Assembly (NCBI GenBank): GCA_014729775.1
Contig: WJJJ01000006.1
Location: 16,694-80,693 of the forward strand
Reading direction: 5' to 3'
From: Candidatus Omnitrophota bacterium
GTDB taxonomy: Bacteria; Omnitrophota; Gorgyraeia; Duberdicusellales; 4484-171
DNA: 64,000 nucleotides
Shown here: positions 19,641 through 28,784 of the stretch, one piece after another
Layout: every line of letters begins with the position of its first letter
Numbering within the stretch: the stretch's first letter is position 1
Notes under the pieces: model-generated
Databases searched by the model: none
Seen by the model: only the letters and a program-made list of their open reading frames with translations
What the model was told of the DNA's origin: nothing
Made by a program: the position numbers and the translations under genes

Positions 19641-20857
19641 CGCTCCCGGTAAAGCTCCTTTGCTCCTTCCAGCTTCTTCTTATATTTCTTCAAGGTTTCT
19701 TCGACCGGCGCCTGCTCAATGACAATTTCCCGAAACGCTTCGGTCACGTATTTTACGTAAGCCGGCCACCAGGTCACATTTTCGCGGAATTCGCCGTGTT
19801 TCATGGCTTTCTGCACGGAAGCGTAATACTGCTTCTGCCACTCTTCCACCTGACCGTAGGCATCCGTCCGCATGGACGGCCATCCAAGTTCGCCTACCAG
19901 CAACTCCTGGACTTCTTTCGACTGGAGAAACCAGATGAATTTTCGTGCCAGCTCTTTTCTGGCGCTGATCGAGGGAATTCCCAGCACGTCGCCGCCGATC
20001 ACGTGCCGCTCTCCGTGGGGCCCTTTCCAGCCGCTGTAGGTCCCGATGAAATCAAGTCCGTACTCTTTTACCAGAATGGTCACGCCAAACGGCCAGTTCT
20101 GCGCCAGATAGACCTGCTGATTTGCGATCATCCTGTTGGTGGTATCCCACTTGGCCCGCTGGGATCCCTGCGCGGCATACGGCCACAGCTTCTGTAGAAA
20201 AGCGAACGCCCGGATACAGCCCTCGTCATCAAAGGCGTACGGTTCACCGCCGGCCTGCAGGATGAATTCATACACCTGGGTAGCGGTCGGATTGCCGCCG
20301 AAACCTTTGAGCAGGATCCTTCCCCGCTCTTCCTTTTCTTTGAGCATTTTCGCGGTTTCCCGCAACTGCTCCCAGGTGCGGGGAACTTCAAGACCATATT
20401 CATCAAACTTTTCCTTATGGTAATAGACAATCTGTACGTTCGGACGAAAAGGCATGAACAGCAGTCTCCCGTCGAACTTCAGTGACTGTACAAGCGAGGG
20501 AATCGTATTGGCCGGGATCTCGTCCTCATATTGGCTGAGGTCCTCGACCAGCCCCTTATTCACCAGCACGGCCAGATTCATGTTATCCTGCGCGACCACG
20601 TCGATTTCCGCTTTACCCGCTTTCTGGAGCGCGTCGAGTTTGGTAGCGAGGCTGCCCGATTCGATCTGGATTCCTTCCACCTTCACGCCGTACCGGCTTT
20701 CGAAGAGAGGAAAGACTTTCGAACGCATGACCTGCCACTCGGATTCTCCGAGACTCATTGTGACCGTCAGACGATCTTTCGAACCGGAACCGGGCCCGCA
20801 GGAAATCAAAGCGAAGAGGAAGACGGCGGAGGCGCAGAAGAGAAATGGTTTTTTCAT
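19637..20857 (-). CDS. ABC transporter substrate-binding lipoprotein (solute-binding family 1)
   Basis: Lipobox LISCG, typical SBP_bac_1 size and composition, first gene of the transporter operon. Confidence 0.8.
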   Translation of the reverse strand: MKKPFLFCASAVFLFALISCGPGSGSKDRLTVTMSLGESEWQVMRSKVFPLFESRYGVKVEGIQIESGSLATKLDALQKAGKAEIDVVAQDNMNLAVLVNKGLVEDLSQYEDEIPANTIPSLVQSLKFDGRLLFMPFRPNVQIVYYHKEKFDEYGLEVPRTWEQLRETAKMLKEKEERGRILLKGFGGNPTATQVYEFILQAGGEPYAFDDEGCIRAFAFLQKLWPYAAQGSQRAKWDTTNRMIANQQVYLAQNWPFGVTILVKEYGLDFIGTYSGWKGPHGERHVIGGDVLGIPSISARKELARKFIWFLQSKEVQELLVGELGWPSMRTDAYGQVEEWQKQYYASVQKAMKHGEFRENVTWWPAYVKYVTEAFREIVIEQAPVEETLKKYKKKLEGAKELYRER

Positions 20858-20964
20858 ACCGTCATTATAACAAAAATAGCACAAGCCGTAAGTTTTTTCG
20901 AATAAGCGCGAGAAAGGAACGCCCTCTTACAGCCGGTACCCCGCGAAGGAGGGAAGAGATACGC

Positions 20965-21813
20965 TCATTTCCACTTTCTTCTGCTCAACAAGTACTCACT
21001 GCTCACCGTACGGCTGGTATCGAGCAGCAGCACCAGTTTTATTTCACCGTTCTTTACCAGCGGATAAAACGAACGGATGTCATGCCGATTCACGACCGTA
21101 AACGGCTCTTGTGTCTCAATGAGTCCTTTGAATTTTTTTTCTTCGTTCTTCTCGGGGACAAACAGCCGGTCGGCCGCGGCGGATAGCGATCCTTCCTCAT
21201 CCTGGTTATAATCCCAGGGAGTAATCTGATAGAAGACCATTCCCCGCTGTCCTTTTTTGGGAATGAGCAGGGTGACACTGCGCGCCCCCTCTTCCAGCGA
21301 TAACAGCATCTCATCCCGGACCAGATACAATTCATTGATCGGCGCATCTTCTTCGATCAGCTCGACCATCCGATCGCCCAGAGTGGAACCGGCTACCGTT
21401 TCCAGCTGCTGCTCAATTTCGGTCACTCTATGCCGGGCTGCGTTGCGTTCCACAAATCCCTGGTAGGCTACGATCATCACGATCGCCGCGAGTGACGCGA
21501 TCACGACATTACGAAACCGGCGTGAACTCCTGATCACGTTTGCGGGATCAACGGGCTCCTTTTCTTTCGCGAGACGGCTTATCGACCGGGATATCAGGCT
21601 CAAGGTCAGCACCAAGTGCAAAATCGCCAGCGCGGCTAAAGCACCGAGGCTCAGACCGAAAGCCGCAAAAAACGTGGACGCGATCGCGCTATTGAAGAAT
21701 GACCACTGGAAGACGGTTCCTGCCAGGATTAAGGCAAAACACATCAAATCAAACCACACCAAAAACATGATCAATTTTAAGGCCAAATCCTGCAAGCGCT
21801 TTAAATAATTCAT
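20965..21813 (-). CDS. hypothetical membrane protein
   Basis: N-terminal TM bundle and a soluble C-terminal domain. No recognisable motif. Confidence 0.4.
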   Translation of the reverse strand: MNYLKRLQDLALKLIMFLVWFDLMCFALILAGTVFQWSFFNSAIASTFFAAFGLSLGALAALAILHLVLTLSLISRSISRLAKEKEPVDPANVIRSSRRFRNVVIASLAAIVMIVAYQGFVERNAARHRVTEIEQQLETVAGSTLGDRMVELIEEDAPINELYLVRDEMLLSLEEGARSVTLLIPKKGQRGMVFYQITPWDYNQDEEGSLSAAADRLFVPEKNEEKKFKGLIETQEPFTVVNRHDIRSFYPLVKNGEIKLVLLLDTSRTVSSEYLLSRRKWK

Positions 21814-21877
21814 CGCTCCCTCCTTGCCTGTTCTGTTCCGCGTATTATTTCACTTGGAATCATCGCACACCCTCTGT

Positions 21878-22444
21878 TTACTTGAACCCGGCAGCGTAAT
21901 CGAAATCCCTCTGCATCACTGCCGCCTCGGTAACCAGATAGTAAGGGTAACGCACTCTGACCCGCCGGTATGCACTTTCCCCTCGCCAGGTCTTTTTGAA
22001 CCCCTCGGTGATTTTCAACCGCCGCAGCTCTACTGACAGCAAAGGAATGGTGCGTATTCCCCGAAGTACCCGAAACGTGCCTTTTACGTGAGGGTCTGCC
22101 GCAAACCAGGCAAAACTGTGCAGAGAATTTCGTAAATCGCGGCCGCAAGCCGTACGGCATGTACACTTATCCATATCTCCGTAACGGCGTTTCAGACGTT
22201 CGGCATCCTGGTAGCGAAGCACCAGGACATCGGCCCGGCTTGGGCCTGAGGGAGCAAACCCGTACACCAGATACCTGACCCTGCGAGCATCTTCCGAGAT
22301 CACCGCCCTGTACCGGTACCTGCGGCTTTCAATTACAATCTCACTTCCCTCTCGGGTAACTTTCTCCGGGGGAACCCGGTCACATCCCGCGGCCAACAGA
22401 ACAAAAAGCAGTGCCGCTAAAACCGATCGCGACCCTTTCCTCAT
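21878..22444 (-). CDS. hypothetical lipoprotein
   Basis: Lipobox LLAAGC after an internal start (MRKGSRSVLAALLFVLLAAGC). Confidence 0.4.
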   Translation of the reverse strand: MRKGSRSVLAALLFVLLAAGCDRVPPEKVTREGSEIVIESRRYRYRAVISEDARRVRYLVYGFAPSGPSRADVLVLRYQDAERLKRRYGDMDKCTCRTACGRDLRNSLHSFAWFAADPHVKGTFRVLRGIRTIPLLSVELRRLKITEGFKKTWRGESAYRRVRVRYPYYLVTEAAVMQRDFDYAAGFK

Positions 22445-22448
22445 TGGC

Positions 22449-23171
22449 TCATCCTTCCACCTGCCGCTCCTTGCGGCACCCGGAGGAAAACTGCGTTTTA
22501 ATCTTCTCACGGGAAAAAAATATCGACGTCAATGCCAGAGCGACCAGATAGATGCACGCGGAAACATACACAATATTCAGGTAAATTTGGGGAATAAAAT
22601 CCCACATGCCGCGCGCGCCCGGTCCGGAAGGAATCAACGACGCGCTCTGCCCGTTCAGATACTTGGTAAACGCGTGAAAACGCGCGGCCAGCCGGGAAAC
22701 GGGAAAGGTCGTCAGGTAGGCGCTTACGAACAGCAAAACGAGCCACGCGAACACGGCGGCAAAGCTGAACGCGATCCATTTCCTGGCGTCGGGACGAAGC
22801 CTGATAAGCGAATACCCGGTAAAGACCAGTACCCCCGCGGAAAGCGCCGAACACACAATGAACAGCAACGCGGAAACCGGCACGCCGGGCCGCATGATAA
22901 ACCGTTGGTGGAAACGGCGGATATCCGCGCGAATATCCTTCAGCTCCCGTCTCGCGCGCGCCGCCCGCTCGGGATTCTCTGCCGCTTTCTCATCCGTCAA
23001 TCGTTCTAATTCCCCGGTACGGGTGACCATCCCGCGGTACATGTGCGGAACGACGTCACGGTAGGCAAAGTAGGTCAATACCCCGCGCGCGCAGAGCAAC
23101 CCGAACAAAATAAACAGAATTCCGAAAATAATCACCCCCGCCGAGGGTTTTTTCATCATACCTCCTTTCAC
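22449..23171 (-). CDS. hypothetical polytopic membrane protein
   Basis: 4-5 TM helices. No recognisable motif. Confidence 0.4.
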   Translation of the reverse strand: MKGGMMKKPSAGVIIFGILFILFGLLCARGVLTYFAYRDVVPHMYRGMVTRTGELERLTDEKAAENPERAARARRELKDIRADIRRFHQRFIMRPGVPVSALLFIVCSALSAGVLVFTGYSLIRLRPDARKWIAFSFAAVFAWLVLLFVSAYLTTFPVSRLAARFHAFTKYLNGQSASLIPSGPGARGMWDFIPQIYLNIVYVSACIYLVALALTSIFFSREKIKTQFSSGCRKERQVEG

Positions 23172-23299
23172 ACCGCCGCTGCGGTTTCAGTACCTGAAAT
23201 CTTCCACACGCGTCCGGCAATGCTGTTTCGAATTTGCCGAAACCGAATCACACAAAACAAAAAGGCGAAAAGAGAATATATCTCGCCGGCACACGGCCT

Positions 23300-24301
23300 T
23301 CATCTTTGAGATGATCGTTTGCGAAGAAAAGCCGCAGTTTTTCGCATCAGATACTTTCTCCATCCGCCTCTCAAAAAAACCGCTGATTCACGTTCCGACA
23401 ACACTCCGCGATCCCGCATCGCCTTTAACTGCATATAGGCCAGATTGAACTGACTCAGTGTACACATAAAGGTCTTGTTATACTGATCAGCGCAGTAATG
23501 CATCGGGCACTTGATAACCTTAGGAGCGGTACGCCATCCGGAAAAAAGATCACCGATTTTATTGGTATTCCGAATGAGCATGGACAGGCACGGAAAGACC
23601 TCATACCGGTCATTCAGACAAAAGGCCGTACATCCCGCCTGACAGTATTCTCCGTGCGGATTATGGAGTACGATCTTCGCCAGGGAGTTATACCGGAATA
23701 CCAGATCAAGCTCTTCTTTCGAATAGGAAACAGATCCCTGGTGAAACGGATAATTCCGCCCCTGATATTCTCCGCAGAACAACACCGGCATCACTTTAAT
23801 CCCGTGCGCCCGGAAAAGATCAATGTCTTTTTCCAACCTGGAGAATAACGGCGGATACGTGACATAATCGCCGGCCATTCTGAAACCTTTCGCCTGAAAC
23901 TCTTTAACTAGCACGATCAGATCCATGAGATCGAGACCGCGCTTTTCCCTTTCAAGCGCGTGAACGGAAAAGATAATCTCCGTGATCCGCTCAGGGCCCA
24001 CAGCATCGAGAAACGTCCGGCATCTGTCCGTGAGAGAAAGATTCGAATCGATCCGGACATAATGCTTTCTCTTCACTTCCTGAACAAACTCAATGAGATT
24101 AGGGATGAGAAAAGGCTCCCCTCCGCATATAGAAACCAGCAAAGTCCGGCCGAAACGGTCAAGTCCCTGCATGATACGGCCGATATCCAGCGTTTTGACG
24201 GAACGAGGGTCGCCGCAGTGCTGTCCACAGTATACACAGGAAAAGTTGCACACGTAGGACGGATGCATAAACACAAGAGTGTCGTAATCAACAAGTTCCA
24301 T
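23300..24301 (-). CDS. radical SAM enzyme with Cys-rich C-terminal (possible auxiliary Fe-S) region
   Basis: CNFSCVYCG (Cx3Cx2C) and GGEPFL motifs. The C-terminal cysteines are CQAGCTAFC..C and CPMHYC. Confidence 0.7.
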   Translation of the reverse strand: MELVDYDTLVFMHPSYVCNFSCVYCGQHCGDPRSVKTLDIGRIMQGLDRFGRTLLVSICGGEPFLIPNLIEFVQEVKRKHYVRIDSNLSLTDRCRTFLDAVGPERITEIIFSVHALEREKRGLDLMDLIVLVKEFQAKGFRMAGDYVTYPPLFSRLEKDIDLFRAHGIKVMPVLFCGEYQGRNYPFHQGSVSYSKEELDLVFRYNSLAKIVLHNPHGEYCQAGCTAFCLNDRYEVFPCLSMLIRNTNKIGDLFSGWRTAPKVIKCPMHYCADQYNKTFMCTLSQFNLAYMQLKAMRDRGVLSERESAVFLRGGWRKYLMRKTAAFLRKRSSQR

Positions 24302-25034
24302 TTCTTACTCCCTTCCGTGAGACGCTGCTGATCTTTCTTATCGCAGCCCTGACCGCCGACAGACCGGATTTTAACTGCCGCCGGCGCACCTGGCGTCGTA
24401 TGTGCTTGAGTTGTTCGATCTTCAGCTGGAGCGAACCGATCTTTCTGCCGTTCCTTTCGCAGGGCACCGTCCCGTTCGCGTGATGAAGCACAATATCCCG
24501 CGGGGGATTCCCCCCGTGAGTCATCGCCCAGAATTGCCGCGGCAAAACATCCCAGCGCAGTCCGATAGTGTTTTCCTGCAGAATAGCGTTTATCGCGGAC
24601 TGATCGAAATGTCTCATCTTTTCATAATCGATTTTCAGTACCGCCTCGAAAAAAGACAGTGTCTTTTCGTTGCAGCGGATCACCATAAACCCGCTGTTGA
24701 TCTCTTTCTGCGGCCAGTGTTCGGCCTGAAACAGGATATCCTTTCCCTTGATCTCCCGGCGGATAAGAGGGGTGCATTCCCGAAAAAACTGGATGTCGAG
24801 ATCTGACCAGATGATCACCTTCCCGTAATTCTCTTTTACCAAGCGAACCAGATATTGCAGTTTTATCCTGACCAGCTCAAGGAACCCCGGAGACGACCAA
24901 TCGCCGCCGCCTTCACCGGCGGCCCCCAGATAGTCGATTCGTACATCCCAATCATCCCGCAATGTCTTCAGAAAGATCTTTTTAAAATATTCCGCCTCAT
25001 CCGTGCACAGCGCGTACAAGCTGAATGATGACAT
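24288..25034 (-). CDS. putative nucleotide-diphospho-sugar transferase (Nucleotid_trans-like glycosyltransferase)
   Basis: DxD-like IIWSDLDIQF and the overall GT-A-like pattern. Overlaps the radical SAM gene start by 14 nt. Confidence 0.5.
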   Translation of the reverse strand: MSSFSLYALCTDEAEYFKKIFLKTLRDDWDVRIDYLGAAGEGGGDWSSPGFLELVRIKLQYLVRLVKENYGKVIIWSDLDIQFFRECTPLIRREIKGKDILFQAEHWPQKEINSGFMVIRCNEKTLSFFEAVLKIDYEKMRHFDQSAINAILQENTIGLRWDVLPRQFWAMTHGGNPPRDIVLHHANGTVPCERNGRKIGSLQLKIEQLKHIRRQVRRRQLKSGLSAVRAAIRKISSVSRKGVRNGTC

Positions 25035-25058
25035 GAGCAGCTCCTTTTTTTCAGCAGT

Positions 25059-26360
25059 TTATCCAAGGAAGTTTTTCCGAACGAAATCGCGGACGCGCAA
25101 TACGATGTTGTCCATGTTCAGATATTCCCAATTGCCGTTTCGTCCCAACAAAAAAACGTTCCGCGCTTCCAGCGTATCTTTGATTCCCTTTTTCACCTCC
25201 GCAAGACCCAAGGTAGGTATCATGTAGGTATATTCGACCCGCCTGATATCTGTCACTTGCACATCCTCAGCCGACCGCAGGACTCCGATCCGCATGAGAT
25301 CGTTTACGACCGCCCCGCTCATCTCTTCCGGTGACATACCGGAAGCGCGTCCTTTATCCGTAATCTCAGCCACGGCCGCGGCAGGAAAACGGTTACTGAA
25401 ATTATGCATGAGCGTAAGTCGGTAAAAAACCTCATCACCTTTGAAAAACACCCAGTGGCAATCATCTATCATACGGAATCGCGCGCCATCCTTAAGCCCT
25501 ACCATGATAAAGAACGTATGATTCCATCTGAGTTGGTCATAATGAGATCGGATCCCTTCCATTTCAATCGCGCGGAGCAGCTCCGGCAGGGGAATCGTGG
25601 AAATCACCGTATCTGCCTCAAATTTCTGCCCACGGGTCGTAAAGATACCCCACCGACCGTTTTGCTGCCGCAGATGGCTGACTTTCGCGTTCGTCACGAC
25701 CCTGTTCTGTATGTCCCGGCCGATATGATCTGTCAGGGCCTGAACGCCTTCCCGGGGATAGATGAATTTGGCCTGATACGCTCTGCCGACTTCTTTTTTC
25801 CAGAACACGTTTTTCATGAACTCTAATGGTGCGGCCGGTTCGATCTTGACGCTTACCAGGTCGGAAGATATCTCCGATAAAGGACAGTTCCATATTTTCC
25901 GGTTATAAGGCACCATGAAATGCCGAGCGGTACCGAATCCGGAATAACTTTCGATCCATTCCGCAAGCGTGTGGACATCTTTCTTCCGCCGGGCAAAGAC
26001 GTACCCTAACACACATTCAAGCTTTTCCCGGATCGGCAGATCCCGTATACCATTTTCAAAAGGATAATCGAGCAGGACTGTCCGGCCGTTTCCTTTGCGA
26101 TGGACAATCTTGACATTTCTGTCAGAATATTGATAGTCAAGCGGCAGGGAACAAAAAAAATCCATCGCTTCCTGGCTGCGGCTGTAGATCGCATGGACGG
26201 CAAAATCCCAACGGTAAGGCCCGGTGGTATTCGTACGGCATAACCCTCCGGTCCTCGGTTCTTTTTCCAGGACTACGAAATCCTTCCCCTGTTCGTTCAG
26301 ACGGCGTCCAAGTTCCAGACCCGCCAGACCGCCTCCCAACACTGCTATTTTAACGGACAT
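25059..26360 (-). CDS. FAD/NAD(P)-binding oxidoreductase, UDP-galactopyranose-mutase / amine-oxidase-like
   Basis: N-terminal Rossmann motif KIAVLGGGLAGLELG..VLEKEPRTGG. Length and motifs resemble UGM/protoporphyrinogen-oxidase-like flavoenzymes. Confidence 0.65.
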   Translation of the reverse strand: MSVKIAVLGGGLAGLELGRRLNEQGKDFVVLEKEPRTGGLCRTNTTGPYRWDFAVHAIYSRSQEAMDFFCSLPLDYQYSDRNVKIVHRKGNGRTVLLDYPFENGIRDLPIREKLECVLGYVFARRKKDVHTLAEWIESYSGFGTARHFMVPYNRKIWNCPLSEISSDLVSVKIEPAAPLEFMKNVFWKKEVGRAYQAKFIYPREGVQALTDHIGRDIQNRVVTNAKVSHLRQQNGRWGIFTTRGQKFEADTVISTIPLPELLRAIEMEGIRSHYDQLRWNHTFFIMVGLKDGARFRMIDDCHWVFFKGDEVFYRLTLMHNFSNRFPAAAVAEITDKGRASGMSPEEMSGAVVNDLMRIGVLRSAEDVQVTDIRRVEYTYMIPTLGLAEVKKGIKDTLEARNVFLLGRNGNWEYLNMDNIVLRVRDFVRKNFLG

Positions 26361-26551
26361 ATCTTTACAGGTGACACAAAAACGGTAAAGCCTGCTCTAA
26401 TTTTTCTCTGCCTCTATCAATTATACACTATCCCCGGGCAGATGGGTATCCCTGCCTCGCGCGGGGCGTCCGCCGACGCCGGTATCTCATTCGCGAACGC
26501 GTCCTCATCAAGAAAAATCATGCATACCCTGTCTTTCCGCACCGGCCCAGC

Positions 26552-27124
26552 TCATTCGAACTGTTCTCTCACCTCGGACCGGGTAAAGAAAAACACCACC
26601 GCGCCCACGACCGCGGATAATAATACTATTTCACGGATGATCATCATTTCATAAATCTGAAACACATTCCCTATGACCGTGCTTATACTTCCGGAAACAC
26701 CGCTGTTCTCAACCGCCACTCCCGCGACGATCACCGCGACCATGTTCCCCAGCATCGAAACCGAAGTAATCACCTTACAGATCCCGCCGGTGATCACCGC
26801 GCCCAGCGTAATTTTCCTCCAGTCTTCCTTCAAGCGCAGAATATTTATCCCTCCCCAGAATGTGAGGAACGCCATGAACGGCAGAAGCACGAATACCACG
26901 CTGAGCGACCACGGATTGGCAAACTCTTTCTCAAAAAAACCAACGATCAGAGAAAGCTGCCGCGGCGACAAATGAGCCGAAGCGCCCTGCAGCCAGTGGA
27001 GAAGCACCGGCTTGTTGACGATCCACAAATAGATCATAAATACCGCCTGAAAAAAAATCACCCCTCCGGCGACAGACAACAGCACGCCCATCACCGTAAC
27101 CCCGATTGATCTTCGCGTATTCAT
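26552..27124 (-). CDS. hypothetical polytopic membrane protein
   Basis: 5 predicted TM helices. Start chosen at MNTRRS. Confidence 0.4.
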   Translation of the reverse strand: MNTRRSIGVTVMGVLLSVAGGVIFFQAVFMIYLWIVNKPVLLHWLQGASAHLSPRQLSLIVGFFEKEFANPWSLSVVFVLLPFMAFLTFWGGINILRLKEDWRKITLGAVITGGICKVITSVSMLGNMVAVIVAGVAVENSGVSGSISTVIGNVFQIYEMMIIREIVLLSAVVGAVVFFFTRSEVREQFE

Positions 27125-27250
27125 ACTCCGCCTTTCTTTTCTTCGGGTCTCCTCGCCCATCCCGGGTCCACACTCTCCCTATCCGGACCGGGCCTCCCTG
27201 ACACATCTTCCCCGCGCATTCCCAAAACGCCCAGAGGAATAATCCTCTTA

Positions 27251-27281
27251 TTCCCCCATTTGTCCACCCCGGCGGTGGACA
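27251..27281. promoter_or_regulatory. perfect 13-5-13 palindrome CCATTTGTCCACC-CCGGC-GGTGGACAAATGG
   Basis: Read directly from the sequence; it sits in the promoter region of 26552..27124. A related half-site CCGGGGTGGATAAATGG lies at 28864..28880, upstream of the TPR gene. Confidence 0.4.
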
Positions 27282-27342
27282 AATGGCTGCACCAGCCGGC
27301 CCGAGACCCGTGCCCCCAATACATCAGCACCGGATCATTTCA

Positions 27343-27978
27343 TTATTCATGTATGTACGCCCACTTCCTCATTCTCTCTATCGAGCCGCCGAACGCGTAT
27401 TCCGGATAGTTCTGCTCCGGGTAATACAGAAATATATCCCAATTCAGAATCCCCAGGGGCGTCTCCACGTACAGAACCCAGGGATTGCCGTGCCACTGCC
27501 TTGAGCTATCGGCCCGTTCATAACGGTATTCCGGATACGCGCCCATATCGGTCCCGGGGATTTTTTCAATATACTGGGGCACCAGCGCCTCAAGATTATC
27601 CGGCGGTTCCCCTTTATCCGCAGTGTACTGCCTGATCGCCTCGACCAGCGGTTCGGACCGTTCTGCCAGTGCGCGAAACCGCCGCGCGCGGACGTCCACC
27701 GCGGCGCGAACTGCCAGCGTAATGCCGACAAACAGAATAGACGCCAAAAGCATTGATACCGCGAATCGCCGCGGTCGGGGAAACAGTGCCAGCACCGCCG
27801 CCGCCGGCACCAGCAGGACCGCCGCCACAAACGGCAGAACAAAAAAGACCGATGCCTGCTGGAGAGCCATAGACCCCCGCGGGGAAAGCGCATACCATTT
27901 TAAAAATAGCTCTATACCGTTGACCACCAACGCTATGCCGCCTGCGGCCAGCATAGTCACGATCATTTTTTTCTTCAT
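27343..27978 (-). CDS. hypothetical membrane protein with extracytoplasmic C-terminal domain
   Basis: Three N-terminal TM helices, then a soluble domain (EKIPGTDMGAYPEYRYERAD..). Confidence 0.4.
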   Translation of the reverse strand: MKKKMIVTMLAAGGIALVVNGIELFLKWYALSPRGSMALQQASVFFVLPFVAAVLLVPAAAVLALFPRPRRFAVSMLLASILFVGITLAVRAAVDVRARRFRALAERSEPLVEAIRQYTADKGEPPDNLEALVPQYIEKIPGTDMGAYPEYRYERADSSRQWHGNPWVLYVETPLGILNWDIFLYYPEQNYPEYAFGGSIERMRKWAYIHE

Positions 27979-28136
27979 CTTCCTCCTTGAGCCTTCTCTT
28001 CAGTAAACAAAAGAACAATTCTCAATACCCGCCCCCCACAAGGATTTCATCAATCACTAAGATGGCAGGCATCACTGTATTCAACTCTTTCGCTATTCTT
28101 TCTTTTCTTGCATTCCTCCGCCACCGCATCAAATCG

Positions 28137-28784
28137 TTACTCTTTCATTTTCGTGCGTTCACCTATTCTCTTTTTTATGGCTGTGAGAAAATAATCTATA
28201 AGCCCGATGATCTGTCTATTTTCTTTGAATCGCTCACTTTTCTGAAAAAGCTCTTTTGCCTTTAAGAATTCATTTTCGGCTCTTGAGTAATCTTTCAGGT
28301 AAAAATAACACTGCGCCCGCGCGTCATACAGACGCGGATCATCGGGAGCTATTTCAAGCGCTTTGTTAAAATACCTGAGCGCCTCTCTTTCGTCACGCAT
28401 GCTGAAATATGTCCACCCCAGCCCCTCATAGGCTTGCGCGCGCTCGGGGGCTAATTCCATGGCTATTTGAAACTTCGCAAGAGCGGACGGGTAGTTCCCC
28501 TTGTGAAGGAATTCGTTCCCCTGCGCGATATACAACTCGAATTTTCCCTGGCTGTCGCGGCCACCGGTATCTCGAACATCCCCGGTGATTTTTACGTTAT
28601 CAATACTCTCGATATCTTCCAGGTAATATGTGATGGGCACCCCGCTGATATCCACCTTTATTCTCTCTTCTGTTTTCTCGATAACCGGCGCTTCTATCGT
28701 CTTCCCGGACTTCAGCAGAATATTTTCCGCGGCCAGCGAAAAAGCACACCAAACGCAGAAGAGAAATACCGTGATCTTTCTCAT
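28137..28784 (-). CDS. secreted TPR-repeat protein with the shared N-terminal module
   Basis: Signal peptide, module ENILLKSGKTIEAPVIEKTEERIKVDISGVPITYYLEDIESI, then 3-4 TPR repeats (AQAYEGLGWTYF.., ALRYFNKALEIAPDD.., YDARAQCYFYLKDYSRA). Confidence 0.65.
   Translation of the reverse strand: MRKITVFLFCVWCAFSLAAENILLKSGKTIEAPVIEKTEERIKVDISGVPITYYLEDIESIDNVKITGDVRDTGGRDSQGKFELYIAQGNEFLHKGNYPSALAKFQIAMELAPERAQAYEGLGWTYFSMRDEREALRYFNKALEIAPDDPRLYDARAQCYFYLKDYSRAENEFLKAKELFQKSERFKENRQIIGLIDYFLTAIKKRIGERTKMKE

Noticed and set aside
23300-24301. Viperin-like antiviral radical SAM assignment
   Set aside because: Only the generic Cx3Cx2C and GGEPFL motifs are shared. Without a search I cannot distinguish it from other radical SAM subfamilies, so the idea is left as a hypothesis inside the cluster finding.
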